A DNA stretch of 64,000 nucleotides from Paraspadella gotoi (Eukaryota; Animalia; Chaetognatha), in NCBI GenBank assembly GCA_051294375.1, contig CM119269.1, forward strand, positions 21,127,665 through 21,191,664, in the 5' to 3' direction. The notes beneath the pieces are model-generated. The model saw only the letters and a program-made list of their open reading frames with translations, was not told the DNA's origin and did not search any database. The position numbers and the translations under genes were made by a program. Shown one piece after another: positions 13,854-28,264 of the stretch (the stretch's first letter is position 1; the number at the start of each line of letters is the position of its first letter).

Positions 13854-14486
13854 ATCGGAGGCCTCCCTGCAAAATTAAATCAAACGAAGAACGAACCTTT
13901 GAACTTTTTTGAAATGTACACTGCACAGTATCGGCAAAGAATGAATGAATGATAAAAAACTTGTACAAATTATGTACTGTACATTGTTCATATGTTGTTT
14001 ATCAAAACAAGAATACAATTTATTTCTAGCAATTTGTAATTTAGATTCGGCTTTATATATTAATTTAAAAAATCAGAAAATATTACAGAGACAACTGAGC
14101 GAGACAAAGTTAGGGGAAAAAGGCAGAAAGTAAATCATTAGCCCAGCTTTTATCTTCTTTATTAATTAATTCTTTCTGATATTCAAAGATAAACTTAGAA
14201 AAATAAAAATACGCATAAACAGGTTTTTTTTTTCACAACCTTCGAGCTGCGACCATTGGAGCTAAAAGTTATTTAAAGTCTGCTTTCTCTAAAATACTCT
14301 TGGTCATTATGTAATTCGAACAGCCGTGGCTCCTTCGTGAACTCTTTTGATTTTTAAAAGTAGATCGCTTCTACAAGATTCAAATAAAAATCATTTCAGT
14401 TTGTTCTACTCGTATAAACAGTAGACACTGAATAGTGACTAATAATAAAAAATCATTTACAAGGACAACGAGCCTTTTAATTTATT

Positions 14487-16604
14487 ATGTCTATCCTCGA
14501 CTCAGAAAATGAAGAAGTTAAAACATTAAAGCTGATTAGAGAAAGGTTCTCAACTCTTGGATATGCAAGTAAGTTAACTTCGATATTTTGGTAATTATTT
14601 CAAACAAAACTAAGGCTGTGAATTGGAATTCGTGCTGTGAAACATTTTTTCATCAAATCCGATTAACAACTCGTAGTTAAAAGTAAAAACCTTCATTGTA
14701 TGGATTTTTTAATTCTTTGTGTGGATTATTCAAAAAAAAAAAACATAATTTTTAAAAAAGCTAGTGACGTTAAAAGCAGAAAACATATCGCAAGAAAACT
14801 ATATCTTAAATGTTTATCAGTTGGCTCTGGAGTCATTGCAGCAGCAATTTCTGGCTTTCTCCTCCAATGTCGCCAACGAGGATTTCGAAATGTCATCACA
14901 GGTAATTCATTATAAATAGTACACTAAAGTGGGATTTTAACTTGTAGTGCTGTTTAGAATTAGGTCGACACTCCTCTTTATACAGTTATACCAATTTCAT
15001 ACTTAATACGAATCTATTTTCAAGAGTGAAATCAGGGTCGGCGTTGGCTTCCTATTCTTTTATTTAGGGGTTTCTCTTCCTCGCGATATGTTGTTCTACG
15101 GAGGAATTTACTTCGCCGGCGACTTGTCGCAACAATTCCTAAGACGCGGTCCAGATAAAGGCGAGGCGGATGGAATCTTTCGCGGGGTCGATTTCCTTCA
15201 CTCGGCGAGAATTGGACTCGTGACCACCACTTTTTTCGGCCCTGGTTTTCACAAATTGTATCGCTTCATGGATAGGTGAAATTAAAATGACAAGCATTTT
15301 CTTTAGAAACCAGTGTTTGACGTAAAATTTTTACACTCATTCTATATTATTAAGGCCTAATGACAGCATTGATGAAAGAAATTTTAATATCCAGATAGAC
15401 TTATTTCTTTATAATATTAATACCGAATCAACTTTAAAAAATCTTTAAAGCCGCTTTTGCGTTAAAACTTTTTCAGTGATAAACCGAACCAACGTAGTTT
15501 AAATTTAAAGAGTCGCGTGGCAAATTTGCCTCACCGCTGTCCTGCCTCGACTCAATGGCTGAATCATCGAGACTCAACTGTGCGATCCGGGTTCAATCCC
15601 TGCGTATCCAGGGTCTGTCCTAAATGTGACGGAACCGGTTTAAACATGCCAGTTACAGAAGGCGGATGGTGAGATACCCCACGCGGGTATCACTATCTCC
15701 GTTGCCATAGTCACCAATATAAATATAAACACGTAACGTAGCGAATCAACAGACTCGAACCTTCGGCTCTCAATCTCTCAAATTACTTATTTTAGACGAT
15801 GGCCAGGAAGAGATTTCCGCACGGTGGCGTTAAAGGTTTCGCTCGACCAGCTCCTCGGGACAGGAATCGGTCTCGGAGTCTTTTTTACGTCGCTCGCTGT
15901 CCTCGAACAGCACGACGACTACACTGCAGACGTTCGGGCGAAGTACTTCCCCGCTTGGATCAGCGGTGCCATCTTTTGGCCAACAGTTAACATGTTCAAT
16001 TTCAGGTACGTATACAGAGCATCTTAGGCGACTTATGATCGGTCTCTCCCTTTAAACCCGATCAATCGTATGTCGCCTCAATCTGAACGAATGGAGATTA
16101 TAAAAATGTTAGGAACATTAGGATGAATATTCAAAGTCGCATATAAAAAGCATGTTAAGCAGCTAAATTTGAGGCAAAGTGAAAAATAGTCACAAAATAG
16201 GGCAACAAGAAAAATAAAAAGGAGGGGAAAATGGCAACAAAAAAAAAAAAACAAAAAAAAAAAACACAAAACGACATTGATGAATGACGGCTAGGAATTT
16301 TCGGTTAACTGAGTATTAAATTTAAAATTTCGTGTTGTCTTTCTTTCACAAGGGTCCAACAAAGGTCCAACGGGCGTCAAAAGCCTAAGAAAAATACGTC
16401 ATGGCTTTAAAAATAGTTTTTAGACGGGGAAAAATTCTATGGTTGAGAATTGGATTATTTAATTAAAATATTGAAATCATTAATGAACTATAATTTTTTA
16501 TTTGCAGATTTGTTCCATCGCAGTATCGCGTGATTTACATCTCTTGCGCAGCTTTCGTCTGGACAAACTTCTTGTGCTACCTCAGAGATACATATTCCGC
16601 TTAA
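14487..16604 (+). CDS. Mpv17/PMP22 family membrane protein
   Basis: Exons 14487-14568, 14821-14901, 15068-15275, 15796-16005, 16508-16604, phase matched. Motifs GDLSQQ, FFGPGFHKLYRFMD, KVSLDQ, FWPTVNMFNFRFVP..YRV...A.FVW..FL.Y. First two exons less certain. Confidence 0.88.
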
Positions 16605-18175
16605 GCTTTTTCTTGCCTTGAATTCCTAATCGCTTTCGTTGATTTGTTATATGAAAGAAAATGATTGTGAAACTTTTTAACTAAAATTAAATTAAATTAA
16701 CTTGAAAACAAATTTTCCGACTGTCTTATTTGACTCCAGCGACAAGACTATCATTACCGGAATCCAAAATTAAGTGAGCAAAACGGAAAAGCTAATTTGC
16801 CATAACCAATACTGGATACTATCCATATTTTTAAGAATTAATTCATTTGGAAGTGCTAATTGATTATTTTTTTTTAAATATAATTTTTAATAATAATTCA
16901 ATAACAAAAAATCGTAAAAAGTTGGGAGTGGTCTTAAATTAAAGCTTATATTTTGTAGATAATGATATATATATACATTCAAATTGTAAGCATATTCACT
17001 AAAACTGCTAAAAAGCTAAAAAATGTTTAAAAACTTTAATTAGCATTTTAAAAAAATCCTGCCTTGATCGGATATTGCTGGCCTACCCCATTAAGAGCCT
17101 TATGGGTATACTTTAAGAATTTATAGGTTTCAGAGATGGCACTTTTTGTTTCTTTCACATCCTCTCTGGGAAAATGGGGGGAAAAAACCAGACGCTTCTG
17201 TGAGTATTACGTGTAGAGAGGCTAGACGAGAGGCTAAACCAGACGCTTCAGTGAGTGTTACGGTTAGAGAGGCTACTTGAAATTTGCGCTTCTTATTTTC
17301 TCAGAAAGCCTCGCGAACTAACAACTAGTAGCGGATCCTCGATTAAATCTTTCTTTCCATTAGCAGAGTGTCGTCAACCTCGATCTGCCTCACGGCGACG
17401 AACTTAGCGGGAAAAAAAAACTTAAAGGGTCCACTTCTTTTTTTTTTTTAGAAGGAACATTAAAATTTTTATCAGGGAACAAGAACCATTTGTATCATTT
17501 ACATTTCTACTCTTTTATGTAGGCAGGAAATAAATCCTGACTGAGATTAACTCAATAAGTTAAAGTTTAATAAGCCAGTTATCTATTTTTTTTTTCCTGA
17601 CGCTCGTTCTGCGCAAATTAATGGATTCTTTGGGTCAACAACCATTGCCTCTCCTCGGTAAAAAGAAGAACGTGGAGCTGGTTTTGGTAAAAAGCATTTT
17701 CAATATTTAATTTCATTCTCATATTATTTAAAAACAATTTTAAAGCTAGTGATATAAAAATTAAAAATAAAATATAACTAAAAACAAAATGTCTCTTAAA
17801 ATATAATCTTATTTAGAAAGGAAAGACACAGTCGGAAATACATTAAAACACAAACAGCCCAGACCGAATGTGGTAGAATGACTAAAAAAACAGTTAGAAT
17901 GACCGACCAACAAGTTTTATTTCTAGAGTAACGGTTGTTTCCGGGATTTATTGCCATTCGTTACGCGAGCACTGACCCATTCTCGATATGCAAACCTATA
18001 AAAGCGACGTATTTCGCTGTCGTATCGCAAGCAGGATTCCACCGATTTCATTTACTAGTTGGGAGAAATTAAGTCCCTTTCAACCAAGTTACGAGCAGTT
18101 CGTCAAACTTAATGATTAACATTGCGTTTTTTTCAGGATTTAGAAACCGCTCATCTTCCCTGCTTTTGGAAGGTG

Positions 18176-21100
18176 ATGGAAATTCCAATTATTTTTGCGA
18201 TCGTGTTATTGACGGTGGTGACGACGGTGACAACGATACCAACGAATGGACTGCAGTCCAAAGGAAGCGAATCACTACGTCCGCCGATCGACGAGGTTTA
18301 AAAACTAATTTGATTGAATTTCACTATAAAACCAAGAACGGTCCTTTTAAGTTCGTTGCGCCGCAGTAACTTTCTTTTTCACGAGTATTTCCGAGTGACA
18401 CGTGCAGACACATGTCACTAATATTCAGAACTCCTTAATTAATAAAAACTTTATATTTCAATTCCGCGGCACAGTTCTTACAGGATAAATATTTGTTAAA
18501 ATTATGTTATAAATAATTCAGAACGTAATCTACAGTGTATCCCAATGGTACTGTCCGTTAACTTTTACATATCATGCGGAACTGGGTTGTTAAATCATAT
18601 TTAATCTTATATCTTATGTCAAAGAGAAGTTCTCACCATTTACGATACTATATTTCGAATTCAATTTATATATATTTTTCTTTGCAAAATATTCAATTTA
18701 TATGAGTTCTAGTTTTATAATTTTATTTTAAATCAATATAAATTATTCAAATTTTATCTTTGCATAAAATAAGTTTATTAATAAAAAGAAAACAAACCTA
18801 AAAAAAATTTAATTTAAATTAGCAGAAAAATTATTTGATAATTAAATTGCATTATTTGTTATTATGTTATTTATTTTAGACAGTTTAAATATTTGCAACA
18901 ACAATTTTATTATCGAATTTGAGCCGAAACATGTTCGTCCTTTAATAATAAAATTGTTGTTGCAAATATTTAAACAGTCTATATGCTACAAACACAGCAA
19001 AACAGAAAGGATTTACACATAATGTTATTTATTCTATATATTATTATTAAATTAATTAAAAAAGTAATATGAACAAAGTAACTAGATATTTTTTTTAAAA
19101 ATTGTAAAAGCTCTTAAAATATGATTGTTTCTGCAGAAAATGATTTAAAAGATTATTTAATCAATATTTATATGAATATTTATATGAATATTTATTAATA
19201 TACAAAGTAGAAGAGTTTTGTTTTCTTTATACGTTTTTTTATAGGACATGTTTCGACTCTTTATTCGAGTCTTCTTCAGCGCAAATGTGAATTAAATATT
19301 TTAAAAAATATATAAAAAGAATCTTTGAAATAATTTTTCTACCAATAATTTCAGGTATTAACTACACGCGTTTGCTTTGTTCAATTTTTAAAATTTAGGT
19401 ATCCTATAAAACGGTCCCTACTTGAGCATTTATTTGTGATAATAAATAAAAGTTTTTTTTATCTGGTATAGGAGCTTTTATTAACGGACAGAACCTTTGG
19501 GACATACTGTATTATGATTTTCGATTTTAAATAAATAATTTTGCTTTAAAAAAAAATCAATTTTATGATAACTGGAAAATTGTATTTTTCTCCCAAATAT
19601 TTATAATATGATACAAAAAAATATGGTGGACTAAAATCCACCAACCATTCATGAGCGGCCATTGGTGCCGGAGGCAAGTCATTCGCCTCCCAACCCGGTC
19701 CGGGGTTCTAGCCCGGAAGCCGCCTAGTAGTTAAGAGAGACGGGGCGATTAACCCGCCTGTAACACGGTGTTACAGCCTGATCCGAAGCTCAGGGACTGC
19801 TTATATTGAACGATTCTGTCACTAACACATAACAATAATTACTGTCTCTTCAAAAATTTCATTTCATATTCATTATTCATAGGATAACGTTTTATGGTTA
19901 TTAAAGCGAGTTTCGGAACCTTGGAAATCGCTTTCACCTACTTTCAGGCTTCCAGGTATCTTAAACTGTAACAGTTAAAGTGTAACAATACGATAATCAT
20001 TTTATTTTAAGAAACAATATTTTCATTAATAAAACGCTTTAAACACATTTTTTTAACTATTAAATTATTCGTTTTTTAGTATATATTTTTATTATTGGGA
20101 AATTTGAACTATTGCTTCATTATAACTATTTATAATTTTGCGTTAAAGAAACCGCATGAGTAGTTAAATCAATTATTATTAACTATTCTAATAGCTATTA
20201 AATAAAGTTGAAACAAATTTTTGTTTACCTTTTTATCTTATTCTTTACTTTTCTTTTCTACGTAGGAACTAACTACGGCTTAACAAATAATAATTATTAA
20301 TTCGTTAATTAATAATTATTATTTGTTAAGCCGTAGTTAGTTGCTAGTTAGGAAAGAAAAGTAGAGAATAAGATAAAATGGTAAAAAACAATTTTTTAGT
20401 AAGGTTTATTATAGCAAATTCTGATACATACAGATCTGATCCTAAAAAGTTTAAACTTTGAACACATTATTATTTCGCTTGTCTGTGATCCTTTTAACTA
20501 AAATTTGGGTTTATTTGAAAGCCAAGATAAAGATCTTGCAATTCAAGACCTTAAGGCATCTGCAAACCAGTTGAAAAAATTCTGATACATACAGATCTGA
20601 TCCTAAAAAGTTTAAACTTTGAACACATTATTATTTCGCTTGTCTGTGATCCTTTTAACTAAAATTTGGGTTTATTTGAAAGCCAAGATAAAGATCTTGC
20701 AATTCAAGACCTTAAGGCATCTGCAAACCAGTTGAGAAAAAACTAAAGAAAAAAAAATTGTTGCCAGTCGTTCAACAGTGAATTGGCAACTTTTCATAAA
20801 GATAGAACTCCTAGACACTGCCAAAGCCACCTAAAAAAATATGAAAAAATGGGATCGAGGAGCTTGGAAACTCGCTTGACTGCAACATCATCAAAAACGT
20901 CTGGTCAAGGATGATAAAAGACATTTTATAGTACAACGATACAACAATTAATGATATCAAGAAAATTGTAAAACGCATTTGACGGGAGCTGAACCCTGCA
21001 TATTTGCGCATTTTCTCCCTCATCGCATGGAAGAAGTGCTGAAAAATGGTGGTCCAATAATATATTAATTGAGTCCTAAAAATATTATTTTCCTTCAAAT

Positions 21101-21573
21101 AGTAAAATAAAATGTTTTTTTATAACTATTAAACTTTTTTTACCATACATGTTCGTAGGTATAATAAGTTTACTAACTTACAAATTCTACATTTCTATAT
21201 TTTAAAAGTAACTTTACATCTAGGCTTCAGAACATCGCACGTGTTTCCCTACGAGTCCAAATCCTTGGAGGCCAAAACAAGACAATTCGTCGATCCCGAA
21301 CTTAATATCAACGGAGTCGGTAAAATGGAAACCAAAGACAAGCGCGATTTATGGCCGCCACTCAATTTTCTATTATCAGTCGATAAGGCCAGGTTCGTCT
21401 CTAAAAAAGTAAACTTAAAACATAATTTTTTTTAACTACAAGCTTTTTTCGATATTATTAATCTTATTAATTAAAACCGATGTTCAGAAACTTGTGGCAC
21501 TCGAAAAAATGAATATTGAAAAGAGGAGAACCCACGACTTAAATTCCCAGGTTCGACGAGATTTTGCGAATTG
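18176..21573 (+). CDS. Putative secreted prepropeptide (neuropeptide/hormone precursor-like)
   Basis: Exons 18176-18295 (MEIPIIFAIVLLTVVTTVTT signal-like), 19883-19955, 21224-21408 (or -21392), 21488-end; phases match; dibasic KR/KRR sites. Last exon frame is ambiguous. Confidence 0.5.
19245..19279 (-). ncRNA. Minimal hammerhead ribozyme motif (PLE type)
   Basis: Minus strand CTGAAGA-A-GACTC(loop)GAGTC-GAAACATGTC. Confidence 0.7.
19622..19852 (+). mobile_element. tRNA(Gly)-derived SINE family A
   Basis: tRNA-like head GCGGCCA..TTCGCCTCCCAA..GGTTCTAGCCCGG, then hairpins CTGTAACAC/GTGTTACAG and CCTGA/TCAGG; near-identical copies elsewhere in window. Confidence 0.75.
20215..20396. repeat. Imperfect ~180-bp palindrome
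   Basis: AACTAACTACGGCTTAACAAATAATAATTATTAAT mirrored around ~20304, with degenerate outer arms. Confidence 0.8.
20417..20735. repeat. Direct tandem duplication, 2 x ~161 bp
   Basis: AATTCTGATACATACAGATC...GCAAACCAGTTGA repeated head to tail. Confidence 0.9.
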
Positions 21574-22129
21574 ACTGGAAACTCTGATCATAACATTTTA
21601 ATTTCAAACATTGAAGCACAATATCATAGAAGGCGTTGTTCATTAAATTCTTATATGCTCATTGTAATTTATTATTATTATTATGCATTTTGCAACATTT
21701 GAAAAAAACGACAACGTGAGAAATGCGTGAGAAATGTTAACTTTGGTGATCTTTATGATGGTCTCGTCCACAGTCTATTGTTTAACTGTAAAACGTTATT
21801 TTCTACAAATATTATAGATATAACAAACTACGGACATGTTTCGAAAAATCGTTTGTTTATTTACATTCAGAAAAAAGTCAGAGGTGGTTTAATTCTAAAT
21901 GGAACCTTTGGATTCATTCCCTCACGTATGTTTTTGATGAACAAAAGTTTTTTTTTATGAGATTGGGTTTCGAAAATGTATAATGTCGTAAAAAAGGTAC
22001 AAATTAGGCAAAAGCTGTGCGTTCTCAAAACGACTCGATTGTGACGTCAATTCGTTAAAAATCATCATCTTCGTTTTCGTTTCTTCCTCGACCACGTTTC
22101 ATTCGCTGGGGCTTCCGGAACGAACGCTA

Positions 22130-25100
22130 CTGAGCTAATTCCTCGCTGTTGGTGGTCTTCTTTCTTTTTCCTGGCCCTTTCACGCTTTTCTTATTGATTT
22201 GTTCAGAGTTAGTTTCTTCTCTCACCAACTGTTGAAAAAAAAAATATCAGGAAACATCGGTCTTTATTCCATTCCAGCAAATACTTTTTCAGCTCTCCTA
22301 AGCTCAACAGAGTGGAAACGCCAATCTCCTATGTGATAAATCCAAGTATGTCATCCTTCAGAAAAACCTTTCCCCTTGGGGCCACCCCCAGGGGGATGAA
22401 TTTGCTTGCCCCCTGGAACGGCTCTCTCTCCCTCCTATCTCTCTCTCCCTCTCTCTTTCTCTATCTCTTTTCTTTTTTCATCTTTTATTAAAATAAAATA
22501 TAAAAATAAAAATAATATTTTTCAATTCAATTAATCAATCAATGAACCAATAGCTGCGCCAACACCAACTTGCATAATTTGGTTAACTTGCATAATTTAG
22601 TCAAATGACATAATTTAGTCAACTTGCATAATTTGGTTAACCTTCATAATTTGGTAAACTTTCATAATTTGGTAAACTTTTATAATTTGGTAAACTTTTA
22701 TAATTTGGTAAACTTTCATAATTTGGTCAACTTTCATAATTTAGTAAACTTTCATAATTCAATCAACTTGCATAATTTGGTCATGACTTTTTATACTTTT
22801 ACCATTCCAATTCATCTCATCTATCTTTATACATTCATGTGAGCTTCGTTTTATTCATACAAGAATAAATATTAACTTAAATAAAAAAAATATTAATTTT
22901 TTTTTTAATAAAAAAAATGAACTGACCTATGCTCATTGAGAATTTTATTTCTACTCTAAAATAAAAGATATCAAAAAAGAAAAAACTCAGATTGTAGCAA
23001 AATCAAATAGCTAGAAGCTGATTTTTTTGAAAAAATTCAAAATTCGTTTTCTATTTCCAGATCTAAAATTCTCAATGCTCAAAATCTTTTTTCGAAACGC
23101 CATTCAGGTCTCTAACCTGCCAGTCTGCAGATTCGGTGTTATCCTCGCTGCTCTTTGGCTTATTTTTCAGTTTGGAATATTTTCTCAGGAAGATTTGGAT
23201 GTCGGATGAATTGGCCAATTGAGATGAGTGGGCAGACGAAACCTGCTTTAGTGTCCACTCAGCTGGAGGGAATTGGAAAATAAAAAGTAGGCAAAAAGGC
23301 GCAAGAGCTCCTTTTTACCGACCTTTCCTGCTTACAGAGTGTTTCACCCAAATTTGAAAAGTTTTCAGATCTTAATTTACATTTAGGAAAATATGTTGGG
23401 AGGTAAAAAAATAAGATTGTACTACTTTTTGTCAAAATTGGTGCAACACCCTTAGTTCTACCCTCGCCTAAAGGATAAAAAAGCATACCTTGGGCACATT
23501 TTCGTCAATTGCCTAAATCCTAGTGAGCCAATCCACGTCCAAAGGATCTTATTAGTTGCCACATCTTCTAAGGATGATGCAGTAAAAATTTCAGCTCTCC
23601 ATCATGACGAAGGCTCACACTACAGCAGTTACTGTGTGGTGGAGTATAGAGAACAACAGGCTTTAAACATTTAAAATCATTTCTCTTCAGATCTAATATT
23701 TTTTTTATATAATATCATACTAGTAGAAGCCAAGTGTCCTATTTTTTAGAAGGTGTGCCCACATCCTGGTGGATACTTCCTAAAAAAAATACTAAAAACA
23801 TAAATCACTACTGTATATCACTTACTTTTTCAACAGTTTTTAAATCTACAGTGTTAATTGTAACATACTAATTAGTAGTCGTCTTGCAACAGTGAAATAG
23901 ACCCTTAAAATTTTTATAGAGCCGCACTTAAATGTAACTGCAGCAGCTTTTTGACCATATTCTAATGATGCTATTCTACCCTAACTGATCTCACTACTTG
24001 TCCATGTTTTCAATATTAATCTTGTATAAATATTAAATATATATCATGTCTTCGGACCTTTCTACAGCAATCACAATATGCTGGAGAAAGTTTAATCCCC
24101 ACTAAACCATCTCTGAGCCCATAAAGCGCAAGTTGAACATAATCTGTTTAATTTTTTTTATGAATAAAATATTACAAGTGATTATTCTCTTAATTACAGC
24201 CAGATGTGCTCACATCTTTATGGATACTTCCTGTAATAAACTATGAAAATGTACAGTATTATCTATTTCTTAACATTTTTCTACTTTTAGAGTTTAGAAT
24301 AATAAAATTTTTTCCAAGTCATTAAGTTGGTTTTTTTTTCCATCCATGTACAAAATTTGCGATTTCTGTTAATTCAAGGGGTCCTCGTGGCATCATTCTC
24401 TCGCTTTCTCTTTCTATATATATCAGTAGTCGGGCATTGCCTAGGTTCACCCCACCTATAAGCATGACACTTTCAGTTGTGACCCAGTGGCTCATTGAGT
24501 AAAGCCATCAGCTCCTGACCACTAGGTACCGGTTTCAATCACAACCCGGCTGTAATCCGCCTTGGAGGCATGGCAAGCACTCAAGCCTGGTTCCAAGCCC
24601 AGGACCCGTTCCATGTCTGCTAGAGGGGGTTATAGAATTTACGGATAGTCATCTTCTACCCACTTAGCGCCTTATCCACATATCTCTCTCTTTCTCTCTC
24701 TCTGTACCTCTCATTCTCTCTCTCTCTCTCTCTGTCACTTGGAAAGCTTTTATGCGTCTGTTCACTGGATCAATCAATCAATCAATCAATCAAATGAATC
24801 AAAGAAAATCAGAAAAAATTTCACAAAATCAATCAAATCAAATCAAATTAATTGAATCAAACAACCAAATCAAATTAATCAATAAAATCAAATGAATCAA
24901 AGAAAATCTGAAAAAATTTAACCAAATCAATCAAATCAAATTAATTGAATCAAACAATCAAATCAAATTAATCAATAAAATAAAATCAATCAATCAAATC
25001 AATCAAATTTTTCCTTGCTGCATCTTGCAGAAACAAAAAAAAAATTTAAGTTCAACTTGGGCTCAGAGCTGGTTTGTGGGGATGAAACTTTCTCCAGCAT

Positions 25101-28100
25101 ATTATGATAGCTGTAGAAAGGTCTGAAGACATGATATATATTTAATATTTATACTAGATTAACATTGAAAACATGGACAAGTAGTGAGATCAGTTAGGGT
25201 AGAATAGCATCATTAGTTTTTCATAAAATTGAAGAAAATGGTCAAAAAGCTGCTGCAATTGCATTTAAGTGCGGCTCCATGAAAATTTTAAGGGTCTATT
25301 TCACTGTTGCAAGACGACTACTAATTAGTATGTCACAATTAACACTTTAGATTTAAAAACTGTTGAAAAAGTAAGTGATATACAGTAGTGATTAATGTTT
25401 TTAGTATTTTGTACAGGAAGTATCCACCAGGATGTGGGCACACCTTTTAAAAAATAGGACACTTGGCTTCTACTATTATGATATTATATAAAAAAAATAT
25501 TAGCTCTGAAGAGAAATGATTTTATTTTGGGTTTAAATGTTTAAAGCCTGTTGTTCGCTATACTCCATCACACAGTAACTGCTGTAGTGTGAGCCTTCGT
25601 CATGATAGAGAGCTGAAATTTTTACTGCATCATCCTTAGAAGGTGGGGCAACTAATAAGATCCTTTGGACGTGGATTGGCTCACTAGGATTCAGTTAATT
25701 GACGAAAATGTGCCCAAGGTGTGCTTTTTTATCCTTTAGGCGAGGGTAGCACTAAGGGTGTTGCACCAATTTTGACAAAAAGTAGTACAATCTTATTTTT
25801 TTACCTCTCAACATATTTTCCTAGATGTAAATTAAGAACTGAAAACTTTTCAAATTTGGGTACGGTCTGGGCTTCAATTATATTCGTAACGTTTAGAATA
25901 TATAATTCTTCTCTCTCTCTCTAATGTTTACTACATTAGCATTATGAATTAAATATATTTCTCACAAGCCTGTCCATGACGTTTGACGTGCTTTGTCCAA
26001 TTAGCTTGCAGTCGAATCAGACGCTTTTTATTCTTTTGATCAATTAGCTTCCGGCCGGCCGCGACTCGAGCGTCTAACTCTCTCCTGTTGCTTTCCACGA
26101 ATTCGAGAATGAAAATGATACCTGGACATTTTAGGATGAGGAAAGGAGACAATCATGACACATGAGGCAATCTAATTCCTTTAGCCGACCATCAGATTCC
26201 TATCGTATCGTATCATATCGAATCATTATACAATTTTTCGCTACACGCTTCATACATTTAGTTTCCTATTTTATTGTTTCAATGGTCTGATTATTGATTA
26301 ATAAAATACATATTAACGTGAAGATAAGGCGTTAAGTGGGCTGAAGACTGAAGGTACATAAAAGGGGGAGAGGGGAGAAGAAAGGTTTGGAGACCCCGAG
26401 ACCGAACTGAGTTGTGAAGCCGATCTCCAAGAACCAAGACCCTGATCCGTGACTCGGGAGGAGGAGGAGGGGATGACGAGGAGACGTTGAGAGGGGGAAG
26501 AGAAAGGATCTGCGGGAGTGAGAGCCTCTATCCTGTTTAGATTATCAAAAACCAAAATTAACCCAAAAAAATAATAATAAAATAAAAAAAAGCATAAGGT
26601 GAGAGAGAGAGAGAGAGAAGCCAAATCGTTATCGGACGAATCAGCAGCGGCAGCAGCAGAGGCAGCCAGAAAAAAAAAGAAATCAAAAGGCAGCAGCAGA
26701 AGCAGCAGGAGAAAACAGAGAAAAAGAAAGAAAGCCCTTGCAGAGCCAGCTACAGACTCGTTTTTTTTTTCTTGATGAATCAGCCTAGGGAAAAGAGAGA
26801 AAGAGAGCAACATATAATTAAAAGAGAAAAGAGAGAGAGAACGAGACATAAAAATAATAGAGGAAATTTGTTTGCTTTGATAAAACGTAAACAAAACATA
26901 TTTAATAACTGTCCTCACCCAATTTCAAGGACCTCGATGATGAGAAGCTGTATATAAATTTTCAGCTACATACACCCAAATTTAATCATAAAAAAGGCGA
27001 TCGATAAGTTGGAACGCCCCCGCCGCCGCGTTACGAGATCGTTACGTTACGAGATCGTCGCAAACGCAAAGCAATTGCGACGATAAAAAATTGAATTTGC
27101 AATAAATAATTTGAATTAATATTATAAACATCACAGAAGAATGAAACCCGGAAACAGAGGAAAGGATTAAGAAAGAGGATTCCGGAAGAGGAAGAAGATT
27201 CTGGAATGATTTCGAACGGGATTTTGGAAGTAAAGGAACAATAGTTTCCGGAAGAGGAAAAGAAGGTTCCAGAAGAGGAAGAGGAGGATTCCGGAAGAGG
27301 AATCTAAATTAAGAGGAACCTAAATTAATGAAACAAGTAATTTTGCAATTTTCATACAAAATAATAATTTGGAAATACATACTTAGAACTTACTACATAC
27401 CCTCAGAAAGAGAGAAGATGGTCTCATAAAAAACGTCTTCCATCTCCATATCAGAACAACTAGCAGAATTCATTACAGAACAGCTCTCTTTAGTCATATT
27501 CAATTCGCTGTATCCTAAACGTAAATACAAAAAAGAGTCGCGTATCCTTGTTAATACTTCTCATTTCAGTAATTCCCATTGTACTAGGGACCAACTCCGG
27601 AGATAATATAAAATTTCGACTATTAGCAAAGTTTTTTTAATTGTCTTGACTAAATATTTAAGCAATCATTTTCCAAAAAAAATTACATTATACATCTTGA
27701 TTAATACATTAATTATTACTTGTCTTTTTTCACATAAATTTTTTTTTAATCTTAAAAAACTGATAAAATAATCAAAAGATGATGATGATAACGATTTTTT
27801 TTACTTTTTCTAATTTTTGACTCACTTATCATTAAAATATTTAAAAAAGAATTATACTTTGTGTAGATGACTTTTTATGGTCTTAAAATTTAAAAATTAT
27901 CAAAAATAGTTTGGCCTTTCCTATCTATAAATAAATATTAAAAAAATAATTATTTGGGTATTGAGCCATATAAGAAATGTTTTGTTCATTGAAAGTATAC
28001 TCAAAAATGTATAAATTTTCGTTTGAGCATGTAATCATTCTAAATTTTTGACTCACCCCTAATTGTACTCTATGGATACCAATCACCTTGCGATTTCCGT

Positions 28101-28264
28101 ATATGGACCTTGCCCGAAATATTGCGCGACAGCTGTTCCGTTTCGGACAAATCGATCCGCGCTCGCGAGTTGTTCTCCTTCGAGGGATTCCCTTTAAACT
28201 CGCTGGAGTCGATGAAGATGTCGGGAGACACGTTGCTTCGACCCACAGCATTAAAGTTTTTCAT
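22130..28264 (-). CDS. Hypothetical multi-exon protein, uncharacterised
   Basis: Coding-like islands with plausible splice sites at ~28264-28087, ~27514-27401, ~26120-25965, ~22328-22285, ~22229-22130; basic/coiled segments (ARVAAGRKLIDQKNKKRLIRLQANW); no recognisable domain, phases not fully resolved. Confidence 0.3.
22567..22785. repeat. 18-bp minisatellite (AACTTKCATAATTTGGTH)
   Basis: About 12 units; same motif at ~61062-61215 and ~62190-62335. Confidence 0.9.
23346..25861. mobile_element. Foldback/long-TIR element, arms ~790 bp
   Basis: ~23346-24140 is the near reverse complement of ~25048-25861 (mirror ORFs MLFYPLGEG... on both strands); no TSD identified. Confidence 0.8.
24455..24678 (+). 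mobile_element. SINE-like repeat family C in foldback centre
   Basis: CTATAAGCAT.ACAC.TTCAGTTGTGACCC..GCTCATTGAGTA also at ~901-947 (-); related copy ~59390-59600. Confidence 0.5.

Noticed and set aside
17186-17276. Two ~40-bp direct repeats
   Set aside because: Only two copies; local duplication with no further structure.
22567-22785. Regular short repeats resembling a CRISPR array
   Set aside because: Units are contiguous with no unique spacers, no cas genes, eukaryotic context; minisatellite. Same for 52205-52490.
23259-25924. Twin ORFs MLFYPLGEG on opposite strands
   Set aside because: By-product of the inverted repeat arms.
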